Both the position numbers and the translations under genes were made by a program. From the human T2T-CHM13v2.0 reference genome, Homo sapiens: 64,000 nt of DNA. The notes beneath the pieces are model-generated. The model had not been told where the DNA came from and searched no databases. It saw nothing but the letters and a program-made list of their open reading frames with translations. Below, piece by piece: positions 18,162 to 31,189 of the stretch (position 1 is its first letter; every line of letters starts with the position of its first letter). Where the stretch lies: NCBI RefSeq assembly GCF_009914755.1, contig NC_060926.1. One strand, written 5' to 3'.

Positions 18162-19243
18162 CATATATATACATATACATACATATACATATATGTGTAT
18201 ATATACATATGTACATATATGTACATACATATATATGTGTATATGTATATACATATATATGTGTATATGTATATACATATATATGTGTATATGTATATAC
18301 ATATATATGTGTATATGTATATATACATATATGTGTGTATACATATATGTGTATGTACATGTGTATATACATATGTACATATATGTACAAACACATAGAT
18401 ATGTGTATGTACATACGTATATATGTATATATGTATATATACACATATACACACATGTACATACACATGTATGTACACATATACACACATACGTATATAC
18501 ACACATACGTATATACACACATGTATATATACACACATACGTATATACACACACGTATATATACACACATACGTATATACACACACATATATACACACAT
18601 ACGTATATACACACGTATATATACACACATACGTATATACACACATACGCATATACACACATATACATATATACACACATACGCATACACACATATACGT
18701 ATACACACACATATACGTACACACATACGCATACACACACATATACGTATATACACACATACGTATACACACACATACGTATACACACACATACGTATAC
18801 ACACACATACGTATACACACACATATACGTATACACACACATATACGTATACACACACATATACGTATACACACACACGTATACACACACGTACGTACAT
18901 ACACATATACGTATATACACACGTACGTACATACACATACGTATATACACACGTACGTACATACACACATATACGTATATACACACGTACGTACATACAC
19001 ACATATACGTATATACACACGTACGTACGTACACACATATACGTATATACACACGTACGTACGTACACACATATACGTATATACACACGTACGTACGTAC
19101 ACACATATACGTATATACACACGTACGTATGTACACACATATACGTATATACACAAGTACGTATGTACACACATATACGTATATATACACATGTACGTAT
19201 ATACACACATATACGTATATATGTGTGTATATATACATACATA
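18162..19243. repeat. Compound alternating purine-pyrimidine repeat (TA/CA/TG/TACG), ~1.08 kb
   Basis: Directly visible; explains the long Y/I/H/T/V/C/M ORFs in all six frames. Confidence 0.98.
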
Positions 19244-19869
19244 CTATGATACATTCCCCCCCTTTTCAGTAGTGTTTTTACCTTATCAAATTTTTTCACA
19301 TATAATACTTGCTACCCATGTATTCTCCCCACACTGCCCAAGGAGTCCTTCAAAATGCTCCATGATATCCAGTATTCTACTGAATAGCTTCTCCATAAAG
19401 ATACCCAGTTAAGGTCTCTCTGCCCTCTCACTCAACTATGGGCTGCAGAGTCAGTGATCTGGGGCTCCTCTTGGCTGTACTATTGGGTTGGCTCCTCTTT
19501 TGGTTTGACTTCCTGACTTTACTGGAGTCTATTCTCCAGTAGAAGGGTGGTTCCCTTTGGAAGGGCGCCTGGAAGGTAAAGTATACTCTGCGTTATGTAT
19601 ACGTCTTCATTCTGTCCTCATTTTCAAATAAAAATGTGGGACTGAAAATTATTTTGCCCCATCAATCATTTTTTATGTGTTACTCCATTGTCTTCTAACT
19701 TACAAAGCTATCTCTTTTATAAGTCAATGCCATTCTCAGCCTACAATCTTTTTAATGTGAGCTAAGGTTTTTACCTGGAGATTGTAGTGTCTTCTCTTTT
19801 CCTGTTGATGTGCACTGATGTGGGTCTTTTTCTAGTCAATGTGTTAGGAATTTGGTGCCCTCCCATTTT

Positions 19870-20268
19870 TTCCTTTACAAGTTTTAAAAATAGCTTTACT
19901 AAGATATAATTAACACAGCACACAATTCACTCCTTTAAAGAATGTAATTCAATGATTTTTAAGTATATCCATGGCTATCTGCAACCATCACCAAAGATAA
20001 ATTTATAACATTTTATCACCACAGAGAACCCATACCCTTTAGCTCTCAAGCCCCTATTCCCTATCCTCCTCATCCCTAAGTAATTACAAATCTACTTTAT
20101 ATCTCTATAATTTTGTCTTTTTGGGACATTTCATGTAAAAGAAATCATATAATTTGTGGTATTTTGTGACTGGCTTCTTTCATGTTTTTAAATTCTGTGT
20201 TGTAGCATATATCAGTACCTTATTTTCTTAGGGCAAAATAATATTCCATTAAATAAATATACCCTATT
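19870..20268 (-). mobile_element. L1MB-type 3' end (left part, split by RAD52 retrocopy)
   Basis: agctttactaagatataatt..caattcactcctttaaag..aatattccatt; joins seamlessly to 22049+. Confidence 0.8.
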
Positions 20269-22048
20269 ATTTTATGTCATAAACCCATAAGTGAGTTTAT
20301 TTATATCAAATGAAGATTGTAGCCTGGATTGATACAAAGCAATAAAAAGCAATACTCCAACCTTTTTCCTGTCATGATCCTCATTGCTTAACGTGGACAA
20401 CATTAAAGGCCTTGTACCCTAAAGGAAAGAAGGCAGAGGTTATGCAAAGCAATTGAATGTAGGTAATTGCTGAGGCAGGTGGTTAGTAATAAGTCCGGCC
20501 TATATTGCTTGAGGGCAAGCAGCCATTGGTGATTCCTAAAATGTCCATTGGTGTTAACATAATAGTTTAGAAATAAATAGTGGGAAGCCTCACAGGCCAA
20601 AGAAAAGGTATTTCATCTGTCCGGAGCGTCTCCCAGCTAGAGTGTGGGATGAGGTTTTTAAAAGTGCTCAGCTCTAACTGCAGTGGGCTCTCAGTCAGAT
20701 CCTATTGATGAGGTTCAGAATGAAGCAAGATAAATCCTTAGCAATAAAGGTAATTCTTCACGAGTGATGAACAACTTCATGACTAAAAAGTAGTTTTCCA
20801 AAGTCCCTTTGCGACAGAGTCCAATGATGTGGCCAGAGGCTCAGTTAAGATGGATCCAATTTCCTTTTCTTCATGTCCTGGCCCTTCCTATGAGATTCCC
20901 AGTTTCCTGTTATGCATTGGTCAGTGCTGTAAGTTTGGAGGTCTCAAGGTCCAGATTTTGCTTGTGGTTTCTGACAGCAAAGGCTGTGTGGAGTCCTGTT
21001 CTGGGTCACCATCTGGTTGTTCAAGGCTGGTGTGTCAGAGGTCTGGGGTGGTTCTTCTCTAGACAAGGCTTGACCACACCATCCCCTGCATCTGGAGTCA
21101 CATCCCACATTTCAGAGTTGTCTCCAAGAGTCTCCTCACTCTTCTCAACTGATGGGGAAAAGGTGTGGACTTGCTGTTTCTCCATCTGCTCCCAGAACTG
21201 CTGCAGCAGCTGCTTTTGCCAGAACTTCTGCTGGTTCGTGGCCTCTCTCACCAATAGTGGATGAGCTCAGAAGTCAGGAAGCTGCAGTCCTTGTCCCCCT
21301 GAATCACAACGTGGCTTGATCTGCAAGGGGAGGTCACATCTTGAAGCTGTGGGTATCCCAGGGCCATGTTCAGTTGGCAGCTGTTGTATCTTGCCTCTTC
21401 CACAGATGGTTCAAAATCTTGTCTCTTTGCTTTAGTTTAATCCACTTCAAGAGGCAGCTGGCGTGGAAGCTTGTTTAGTGACCTCAAGTAGTCTCTGTCC
21501 AGAATACAATTTCCAAGTGCGTTCCGAAAACTCCTGGGGGCTTGCTTCAGCCCGTCTGTCACCGCCTCCTTCCTTGCCTTCTCCAAAGATGAGGCCTTGG
21601 ACTTGAGGCCCTAACACCATAACCCACAACTTCATGATATGAACCATCCTACAACTGGACCCTCACAAATGCACAGACTCCCATGTAGAACTTGCCATTG
21701 TTTAGGTCAACAAAATCCACATTCTGCTGCGTGATGGAGTGTGCCCTGCCGTTGTAACCAAACATGTCATTGGCCAGATTAATTACCCAATGACCCTCAA
21801 TGTAACACACCTTCTGGCCTCCTCCAGTCATGGGCTACTTATGTATTCTGGGCCCAGCCTCTGCCTCGGGGCCTTCTGGATGGCCTGGTACTCTTCTGCT
21901 GTGTACTGGCACTGTCCAAAGCACACCAAGCTGCCATGAGCAGCAGTATGGCTGTCACGCTCTCCAAAAATTGCTTCCTCAGTGCCAGACATCTTGATTC
22001 TGGTTGACCTCTCTGGCACTGCACAGTGCATGCAGGTAGCTCAGTCTC
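20269..22048 (-). pseudogene. RAD52P1: Processed RAD52 pseudogene (CDS homology 21992-20845 plus UTR remnants)
   Basis: Translations [97 protein letters not shown]; no introns; frameshift ~21830, TAG 21649-21651; AATAAA (minus) 20296-20301; TSD CCCTATT 20262-20268 / 22049-22055. RAD52 parentage is secure; the P1 symbol is from recall. Confidence 0.93.
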
Positions 22049-23355
22049 CCCTATTTTGTTTATCCACTCACTTGTTAATGGTCATTTAAGTTGTTTCCAC
22101 CTTTTGGCTGTTGTGCACAGCGCTCCTATGAACATCCATCTATACATTTTTGTTTGAATATCTGCTTTCAAATACTTTGTGTATAAACCTGAGTTTAATT
22201 GCTGGGTCCTATGGTAATTCTATGTTAAATTTATTGAGGAACTGTCAAATTGTAGCTTAGAGTGGCTGCACCATTTAAATTCTCATCAGCAAAGTACAAG
22301 GGTTCCAATTTCACCATATCCTTACCAACACTTATTTTTTGTTGTTTTAAAATTATTATTATAGCTATCCTAATGGATGTGAAGTGGTGTCTTATAGTTT
22401 TGATTTGCATTTTCCTAATCATTAATGATGATGAGCATCTTTTTTTATGTGCTTGTTGGACATTTGCATGTCTTCCTTGAAAAGATATCTATTTATGTCC
22501 TTTGCGTCCTGTTTCTTTTTTTTGTTGAGTTATAAGAGATTTTAAAATATGTATTATTGGTACTACATCCTTATTAGACATACAATTTGCAAATGTTTTC
22601 TTCAATTCTGGAGATTGTTTTTTCATTTCTTGATAGTGTCCTTTGATATACAAGAGTTTTAATTTTTAGGAATTCAAATTTATCTTTTTTCTCTTTAATT
22701 TCTTGTGCTTTTGGTGATATGAGAAATCACTGCTAAATAAAAGGTCATGAAAATTTATGCCTATTTTTACCTCTAGGAGTTTTAGCTCTTATGTTTAAGT
22801 CTTTGGTCCATTTTGGATTTTTTTAAAGATGTAAAGTAAGGGTCTAACTTCATACTTCTGCATGTAGCTATTGAATGGCACTGGCACCAATTGTTGAAAA
22901 GACTATTATTTTCTCATTCAATACTCTTGGCATCATTGTCAAAAATCAGTTGATCACAGACACACAGGTCTATTTATGAACTCAGAATTCTATTCCATTG
23001 ATTTGTATGTCTATCCTAGTGCCAGTACCACTCTGTCTTGATTACTGTTGCTTTGTAGTAAGCTTTGAAATTAGAAGGTATAAATCCTCCTACTTTGTTA
23101 GTCTATTTTAAGATTGATTTGACCCTTCTGGGTTCCTTGAAGTTCAATGTGAACTTTAGATTCAGCTTGTCACCTTCTACAAAGAAGCAGCCCAGAGTCT
23201 GACAAGGATGATGTTGAATCTGTAGACTAATTTGGGGAGTACAGCCATCTTGCATTTTTAAAATTCATTTATATCTTCTTTAATTTCCTTCAACAATATT
23301 TTGTAATTTTGAAAATATGTGTTGCACTTCTTTTGTTAAATTCATTACTAAGTGT
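22049..23355 (-). mobile_element. L1MB-type element (right part)
   Basis: ttgtttatccactcac..gttgtttccacctttggctg; minus ORF MIRKMQIKTIRHHFTSIR is L1 ORF2 C-terminal-like. Confidence 0.82.
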
Positions 23356-23869
23356 GAATTACTTAGTGGCCTCTTACAACTTGGAGACATATCCTTCTGT
23401 TGTAGGAAATTTTATCATTATTATTTCTTTGACCATTTCTCTTCTTCCATTTCCTCTGGTCTCTTTTTCTGGAACTCATCTTGGCTGAATGTAGGACTTC
23501 CTAGCTTGAACCTCTGGACTCTATTGCTTTATCCCTCTCTTTTAAAAAAAAAATAGTTTCTTTGTTTTACTGTGTGAGAGTTTTCCATGACTCTATCTTC
23601 CAACTCTTTTATAAAATTTCTCATTTTGATGATAACATTTTTAATTTCTAATAACCTTAATCTTTCTTATTCTATATATTTTTTCTTATTTTATGCATGC
23701 ATTATCTTCTTATCTTTCGATGATTCTAATTACAGGTTTTTAAAAAGTTCTTTTTTTCTTCTTTGCACCCTGTTTCTCCTGTATAGTTATATATATACAC
23801 ACAGCGCATATTATATAGGCAGTTGTCTATGGTCAACTGATTTTTGACAATAATGACAAGAGAATGCAT

Positions 23870-24060
23870 GGGTGTGGGTGTGTGTATATACACATACATA
23901 GATATGTATACATATATATAAATACACCCATATGTATACATACATATACATGGATATATTAATATATATATACATATCTATGTATGTAGATATATACCCT
24001 TATGCATATACATAGATATATACATACATATACATACATAGATATATATACAAACACACA
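23870..24060. repeat. (TG/TA/CATA) compound microsatellite
   Basis: Directly visible. Confidence 0.9.
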
Positions 24061-24507
24061 AATTTTTTTATAGAAACCTCCTCTCTCCTTCTTGGGACTA
24101 GATATTCAACTTTTTTTTTCTCCTTCCTAACTCATAGTTTCTTTAGCAACATCATACAGACAGAGAAGCTATGTAAACATTTAGAGATGCAGGCACCAAG
24201 TAATGAAAGAAAGCATTTCTATACATAAAACATTACTTATGCCTGTTTTTATTTTTTACATTAAGATGTAAACATTCTCTTATCCTAAATAGCTGGTGAA
24301 AAAACAGAAACAGAAACAAAAAACAAATTAAGGCTTTAAAAATAACTGGTAAGAAATTTCCAAGTGTTATTGCTGAATGTATCCAAACACCAAACATTAT
24401 TAAATATAACTAATCAATTCAATGATAGGGAGGTAGCTCCTGACCAAAGGGGTAGGAGCTATAAAATATCAATACATAGCAAAATCACAATTAACCAGAA
24501 TGTTCCA

Positions 24508-24807
24508 AAGCTGGAAACCACCATTCTCAGTAAAGTAACACAGGAACAGAAAACCAAACACCGCATGTTCTCTCTCATAAGTGGGAGTTGAACAATGAGA
24601 ACACATGGAAACAGGGAGGGAAACATCACATGCTGGGGCCTTTTGGGGGGTGGGGGGCTAGGGGAGGGATAGCATTAGGAGAAATACCTAATGTAGAAGT
24701 TGGCTTGATGGGTTTAGTAAACCACCATGGCATGTGTATACCTGTGTAACAAACCTGCATGTTCTGCACATGTATCCCAGAACTTAAAGTATAATAAAAA
24801 AAGAAAA
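24508..24807 (+). mobile_element. 5'-truncated L1PA (PA7/8-like) 3' end
   Basis: gctggaaaccaccattctcag..gggagggatagcattaggagaaatacc..cttaaagtataataaaaaaa. Confidence 0.9.
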
Positions 24808-25849
24808 CTCTTTAACTATTAGTTTAGAAAACCTTTCTAAATTGAACCACTTCACTTTCCTGGCTCAGTAAGTACAAAATGCCAAACACAATTCAATGTT
24901 GTTTTGATGATTTAGGATCATGTGATGCCTGGGGCATCTCCTAGAATATTCATAATTTCTGTGCAGCTTTGTTAGAGGCATAAAACTGGAATGAACTACA
25001 GTTTCTTGTTTTAAATAACTCTCTGATATCATGAGCTTATTGTTTTTCTTTTACCTCATTTTCCTAAAAGGAGGATGCAGACAAAGATTGTAGTTAAGCA
25101 AGATTTTATAGTTCTAGACATATCCACATATTCCAGTTCAGGCAGTACACTGCACAAAGATGTAATGAGGATGGGGTTTGGAGGAGCTATGTGCAGCTTG
25201 TAAATTAATTCTCTATTACCAACCCCATATCCTACCCCTTCCTCTGCCAGTCTGATTGTCAGACCTTAATGTTTCTCATTCAAATTCTATAGAGAAAGAA
25301 TCCCAGTCTCCTGACTATGCATTATTGAAGGTATCTGCTGCATGGGAATTAAAGACTTCTGAAATTCTGCTTATCAGCAGTCGGGGGGATTGACCACTCC
25401 ACACAACTTCAACCCATATCTTTTTTTACAGCTCCTCACCTTATCCCCACCCGCAGCCATGCCAGGTGATGCAAAGTCCTTTCAGATGTCACTCTCTGAC
25501 CACACCTTAGGCTTTGGCATCTTCCAACAACATGATTGGTTCTCTTCTTCTATTGTTTTTTTGCCTTCCAGAATTGTGTTGAGCTCTCTCACCCTTTACT
25601 TCCTCCAATCCCGTAATTTTTTAAAAATCAGTTTATTCCTTCATTTTAGTGGGGTTTGGAGAAGGACAAGAGATAAACATGAGTGGGCAACTTGGTGTGT
25701 TTCACAGAAATCTTACACCTCTTGTGTTACTACTTGGGAAATTGCTTCCTTACCACTTCCATCTGTTCCAAATTCATGGGGTGCTACTGAGATCATCAAT
25801 TGCAAGAGGCTTCTTTCTGACTGCAGAGGTGGGCATGTAACTCGGGGCT

Positions 25850-26240
25850 AGTCAGTCACAGACTCTATATATTTGCCACATGATTTTTTTTCAGGTGTAG
25901 TTATGAAGGGATAATCAGAGTGCTTGGGGCTGGAGGAAGCATAACCTTTTATCTAAAGATCATAAAAATGTGACTGGTACGCAGTTCTGGAGCTGCCAGA
26001 TGTTACGTTATCTCCACGTGGAGAAAACCTGTCAAGGGGAGAGAATGATGTCAAGCTGAAAAGAGGAATGGGTGGACAACTAGAATATGGAAAACTAGTA
26101 GTTGAAGTTCTGGAACTCAGCCATGCCTGAGCCTAGCTTACCTCTGAAACTTTATAGAAATGAGCAAACAAATACCTATTTACATTTAGACAAGATTGAA
26201 ACTGGTTTCCATTTCTAGCAATCTGGTGTATCTTAACTAA
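25850..26240 (+). mobile_element. Degraded MLT1-family MaLR LTR
   Basis: cagccatgcctga..aacaaatacctatt..tttagacaagattgaa..atcttaactaa 3' pattern. Confidence 0.45.
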
Positions 26241-27587
26241 AGCAATCTTGTTCTAATGGACACAAATGTAGGATTTTGTTAGGAATATCTTATTGAATGC
26301 AAATAAAAATTTTTAAAACAAAATAAGATATTGGAATGCTTCATACAAAACCAACATGATTCAAAGTGGTCAAAGCATATCATTGCTTTCATATAAATGA
26401 AAAGTCAAGGGATTGATCAAGCATAACTGGATCTAGGTATTCAAAAATATCTTTAGAATCTGCCTCTCTTACTCTCTTTGCTCTGTTCTTTTCTGTGTGG
26501 TGGCATCATCCTCAGACAATCTCTTCCTGTGTGGCAAAGTGGCTTCCATGAGCTCCAGTCTTAAATACTACCAACCTAGAAAACCCCGAAAGAAAGAAAA
26601 CTTTCTTTTTCCAGATTAATTCAGCCATGGTCTTGTACCTATACCTGGACCAATTGCTATGACTGATAAGTGAAGGTGGTGGAGTAGGCTCTGCCCAACA
26701 ACATTGACACAGTCAGATTTGGTTCTGAATGGAGTTAGAAAAAACAATCAAACCTGGCATATGAGGATTAGAGATGGAAAAAAAGAATGAACTGATAAAT
26801 GCCTTATAGAAAGGATATCAAGAAAATGATGATAAAGTAGTAGAAAGAACAAAGTGGTGGCCAAAAAGAAAAAAAATAGGAGAAAGCAGAAATGCTGGGC
26901 TGAGGTAACTCCCACATGGAAGTTATAAAGAAAGCAAAAAGAATTTTGCATGGAGAATACAAATAGGTGAGAACTATAGCCTTGCTTGGGCATGTGTTTA
27001 AATGTATTGAATGGAGAAAATGCTTTAATGAAGGGTAATTTCTTCTATCACATGCATATATAAGCTTCTCTCATCTACCCAGAAGTGGATAGTGAAGTAA
27101 ATTTATAATTATATTTGCTGATCTGTCCAAGTACTATATAGATGAATGATGGCAAACTAGGCAAATTATGAACTAAATCACAATTTATTTGTAATAGAGA
27201 AAGGAAATATATTCATTGAAAGAAAGGGGTAGATATTTTCAGTGCTCTAGAAATAGAGTTCTAATTAATTTATAGATTTAAAAGGCCACTCTGACTCAGC
27301 CTCATAATTTGAGTAATAAAACTCTTCTAATAGCTTTACAGCAAATTTATAAAATAAATGAGCAAACTTAATCAAACCACAGTGCTTGGTCAATACAAGC
27401 ATTTCTGTTGTTAGCAATTTTACTCTATCAATTCAGAAATTTAGCAATGAATTTGGGTGGACGCATGCCTCATATTCCATGAATATATTAGCAGGATCTT
27501 CATAAATGCATTCTCTATAGTAAATTGAGAAAGGCATATGCTTAGTGATCAGCTGAAGTGAAAAAATATTCTTTCATGTTTTTTGTA

Positions 27588-27975
27588 AAATAGACTTCAT
27601 TTTCTAGAGCAGCTTTACGTTCACAGAAAAATTAAACAAAAGGTACAAAAACTTCCCGTATGTCCTCTACCCTCACACATACATAGCCTTCCCTATTATC
27701 AACATCCCCGACCAGAGTGGTACTTTTGTTACAACTGATGAACTTACATTGATCCATCATAATCACCCAAAGTCCATAGTTTCATTAGGGTTCACTCCTG
27801 GTGTTGTACATTCTACGGGTTTGGACAAATGTATAACAACGTGTATCTATCATTACATTATCATTCATTACATTACATTCTATCATATTGAGTAGTTTGA
27901 AACTATCATACTGAGTAGTTTCAAATGCCCTAACCATTCTCTGCATTCTGCCTATTCTTTCTCCTTTTTCCTAAT
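27588..27975 (-). mobile_element. L1MC1/2-like 3' end
   Basis: agacttcatttttctagagcagc..accagagtggtacttttgttacaactgatgaac..ccaaagtccatagttt. Confidence 0.75.
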
Positions 27976-29235
27976 AGTGAACAACAATTTCCTTGAAGCC
28001 CCATAGAGATATGTATTAAATTAATGTTTTAAAAAGTCTATAGGATATGTATTATATATAAAGGAACGTTTTGCCATTTCAAATTATTTCAGTTGATTAG
28101 AACAATATATAGAAATGTCTTCTTACAAGTTTTATGTATCTGTGGCTTTAAACTGGAAACATTTACAAAGGCAGACATCGTTATTAATTTATAATATACA
28201 TGATAACATTATAGACCAGAAAGATACTTTACTTGTAACCCATAGTCTAGAGTTTCCCTGAAGAAATAGGCCCAGACTATGCAAAGGGGCTATTCACAGT
28301 GAGGGAAAGGTGCCAAGATACCCTGTGTACCCATTAGGCTCTGGTGGGGCTGACCTCATCCATATGTACCTGAAATTTATTACATAGGTGGAAAGTTGAT
28401 TATACATTATTATGAGGTCATGGCTTCTTTGAAAATCTGACAACAGTTGTAGACCTTCCCCCAAGCAAAATGCACATAATGCATGTACACACATAGTGTA
28501 TATAATTTCAGGAGTTTTGTGTTCTCCCTTTGAAGGTCAGCTATGAAGCCCAGAAGTTTTGTATCAGAGTAAGTCCCTTTGTATACTAAACAAAAGAATT
28601 CATATTTCCTCTAGAATATGTGTTGAAATGAACATACAAAACATACCTAAGAGAACACACACATTTATGTATTAACTTGGGAAGTCACTTGTGTAAGAAT
28701 TTAAATAATTTTATTCATGAGAGAATTTCCTATATTAAAATGAGTTAGAAAAGGAGAAAAAAATCTTTACTTACGAGGTGGCTGGGATGTTTACCTTTAC
28801 CTTCACGGGTCAAGGGCAAATGGAAGGTGGTGAAGCCAACCAAGTACTCCTGCTATCCTAAAGAGTTTCAGCCTGTGAGAGTAAAAGACCTGCAGAACGT
28901 TGATAAGAACATGCAGAGATTTGGGAGTTGGGACTTTAGAACAGGAGAAAGAGTTTAGTAAAGCATCTGTAATCCATGTGGAAGGTATTGAGAGGGAAAC
29001 AAAAGGGAAGGAGAATTTGTAAGATGTTTACAATACATAGAGGAGGCACTAAATGTAAATTTTATATAACAACTTTACATAAATCTGTCAATTTTTAGTA
29101 AAGCTAAAAATGCAAATGTTCTACAAGTCAGTATATTCACTCCTGTAGAATTCACGTACACATACACAAAAACGTTCATAGCAGCATTGTCAGCAGTAGC
29201 AAAATATTGGAAATACCATAGATATCTGTTGATGT

Positions 29236-29641
29236 GAGGTCTTAGTGTTTTGTGTTAGTATAACAGAATATCACAGCCTGGGTAATTTACAAGTAATAGA
29301 AGTTTATTTGGCTCACAATTCTGAAGGCTAGCAAGTCCAAGATTAAGGATCTGCATCTGATGAAGAATTTCTTGCTGCATTGTAAGACGGTGGAAGACAT
29401 TGCATGGTGACACAGCATGTGAGAGAGAGAAGAGAGAGAGAAAGAGAAAGAGAGAGAGCGCCAAACTCATTCTTTTATAAGGAACCACTCCCATGGTAAC
29501 TAACCCATTCCCATAACAGCAATAATCCATTCATGAGGGCATCTGTTCATCACCTCTGAAAGATTCTACTTCTCAACACTGTTGCATTAGGGATTAAGTT
29601 TCTAATATATGAACTTTGGAAGACACATTCAAACCATAGCC
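29236..29641 (-). mobile_element. MST/MLT1A-family MaLR solo LTR inside an L1ME 3' region
   Basis: gtcttagt..cagcctgggtaattta..tttggctcacaattctg..aagtccaag..acattcaaaccatagc. Confidence 0.8.
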
Positions 29642-29804
29642 TATGAGAATAGATAAATAATTGTGAAATGGTCATAAAAAGGAACACTATACAGTAGTGA
29701 AAATTAGTGAGCCAGAGCTACATATTTTAACATGACTGAATCCAAAAACATAGTGTTGAATAAAATGAAGCAACTTAATGTGGTACTATATGCATTCACA
29801 CAAA

Positions 29805-29978
29805 CACATACACACACATATATGTGTATATATATATTTTAAACTTTATATGTATATAAAGTTTATATACATATAAAGTATATATAAAAATATAAATATA
29901 TAATATTTATATATATTATATATATAAAGTTTAGATATATACAAAATTTATATATACATAAAGTTTAAAATATGTATA
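29805..29978. repeat. AT-rich low-complexity tract with inverted repeats
   Basis: Perfect 18-bp arms 29843-29860 / 29862-29879. Confidence 0.85.
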
Positions 29979-31138
29979 ACCATGCCATTAAGGCTATTTA
30001 AGAATATAGTAAAAGAATAAAGAAATATATGGAAATAATCAATACTAAAATTATGAAAAGGGTTATTGCTGGGAAGAAGAGAAGGGTATCCTATTTGAGG
30101 TAGGTACTCAGTGGCATAACCTCTATTAGCACTTTTTTCTTAAGATGGGTAGTGGGGACATTTGTGTTTGTTGCATTATTCTTTGTTCCTGTATATATAT
30201 CTTATTTTATAAGAAGGATTCAAAACATTAAAATTAAAGGCAAACTAGCACTCAAAAGACTGAGTGAGTATTAAAACATATTAAAAAAGAAAATTCATTG
30301 ATGAAACTTCTACCAACACGGTGATCTACATTAACATAGATGAGGTCTTCATAATATAACCCATAAAAATGTTTGATAAAAGATACACTTAAAACATTTG
30401 TAATATATAATCAAGCTCAAAATAAAGAGAAATCTGTGTACCAGATGAAAAGAGAAAAATCAAAACTAAAGCAGTGAGCAAAGACTGTAACCAGACTGAA
30501 GCTTCTGCTGGGATTCTAATGCTTCCTTAGAGCAGGTGACATGGCCTCAGTCCTGAGAAGATACAGAAAATGGAACTGACACTGCTGGATAAATGTTGGA
30601 TCTTGGATGTACTGCCCTATTTGTTAAAGGGGGACCAGAAAAACTCTGCCCTTGACTGGGAGAAAGAGTGAAAATGTTTTTATTTGTCCTGTGTTTTCAG
30701 TAGAAAAGAAGTCATGTATTAGAAATTATAACCTCAAGTTTGTACCACACTTAGATATGGGGTATACATTTGTAGTACTTCATGGCTTGGGAACTCACAG
30801 CGGAGAACATAACATAAAAACATAGTTGAATCTTTGAAATCTATTGGGTTCTAGAAGAAACAAGTGTAAAACTATTCTGTAAGATACTTTCATGACAAAA
30901 GAATTCAATAATAATAATAATAACTCCTTCTGGAGATTATCTCACAATAAAAAATATAAATGACACACAAAATAAATTAGCTGAGCATCAGCAAATACAA
31001 CAAACAAGATAATTAAGACCTTGAGAATTGCAGATACTAATCCAAAAAGAATTAACATAAGACTTTCAAAATACTTAGAGTTAAAAAGGAATAGGAACTA
31101 TTGTGAAAAAGGACACTATGAAAAAGAGAAGGGATTGA

Positions 31139-31189
31139 TTTTTGTTGTTTTTTTTTTTTTCAGAGACAGGGTCTAGCTCTGTTGCCCAG
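31139..31189 (-). mobile_element. Severely truncated Alu (tail plus ~30 bp)
   Basis: T tract followed by agagacagggtctagctctgttgcccag. Confidence 0.8.

Noticed and set aside
18141-19412. 329-384-aa ORFs in all six frames
   Set aside because: Strict purine-pyrimidine alternation cannot contain TAA, TAG or TGA; these are simple-repeat artefacts
20845-21992. Functional RAD52 paralogue
   Set aside because: Frameshift near 21830, in-frame TAG at 21649-21651 and further indels; no introns
25390-25851. 153-aa ORF
   Set aside because: Non-ATG start, pyrimidine-rich composition and no recognisable homology
27880-27925. 23-bp tandem duplication
   Set aside because: Ordinary slippage inside an L1MC fragment
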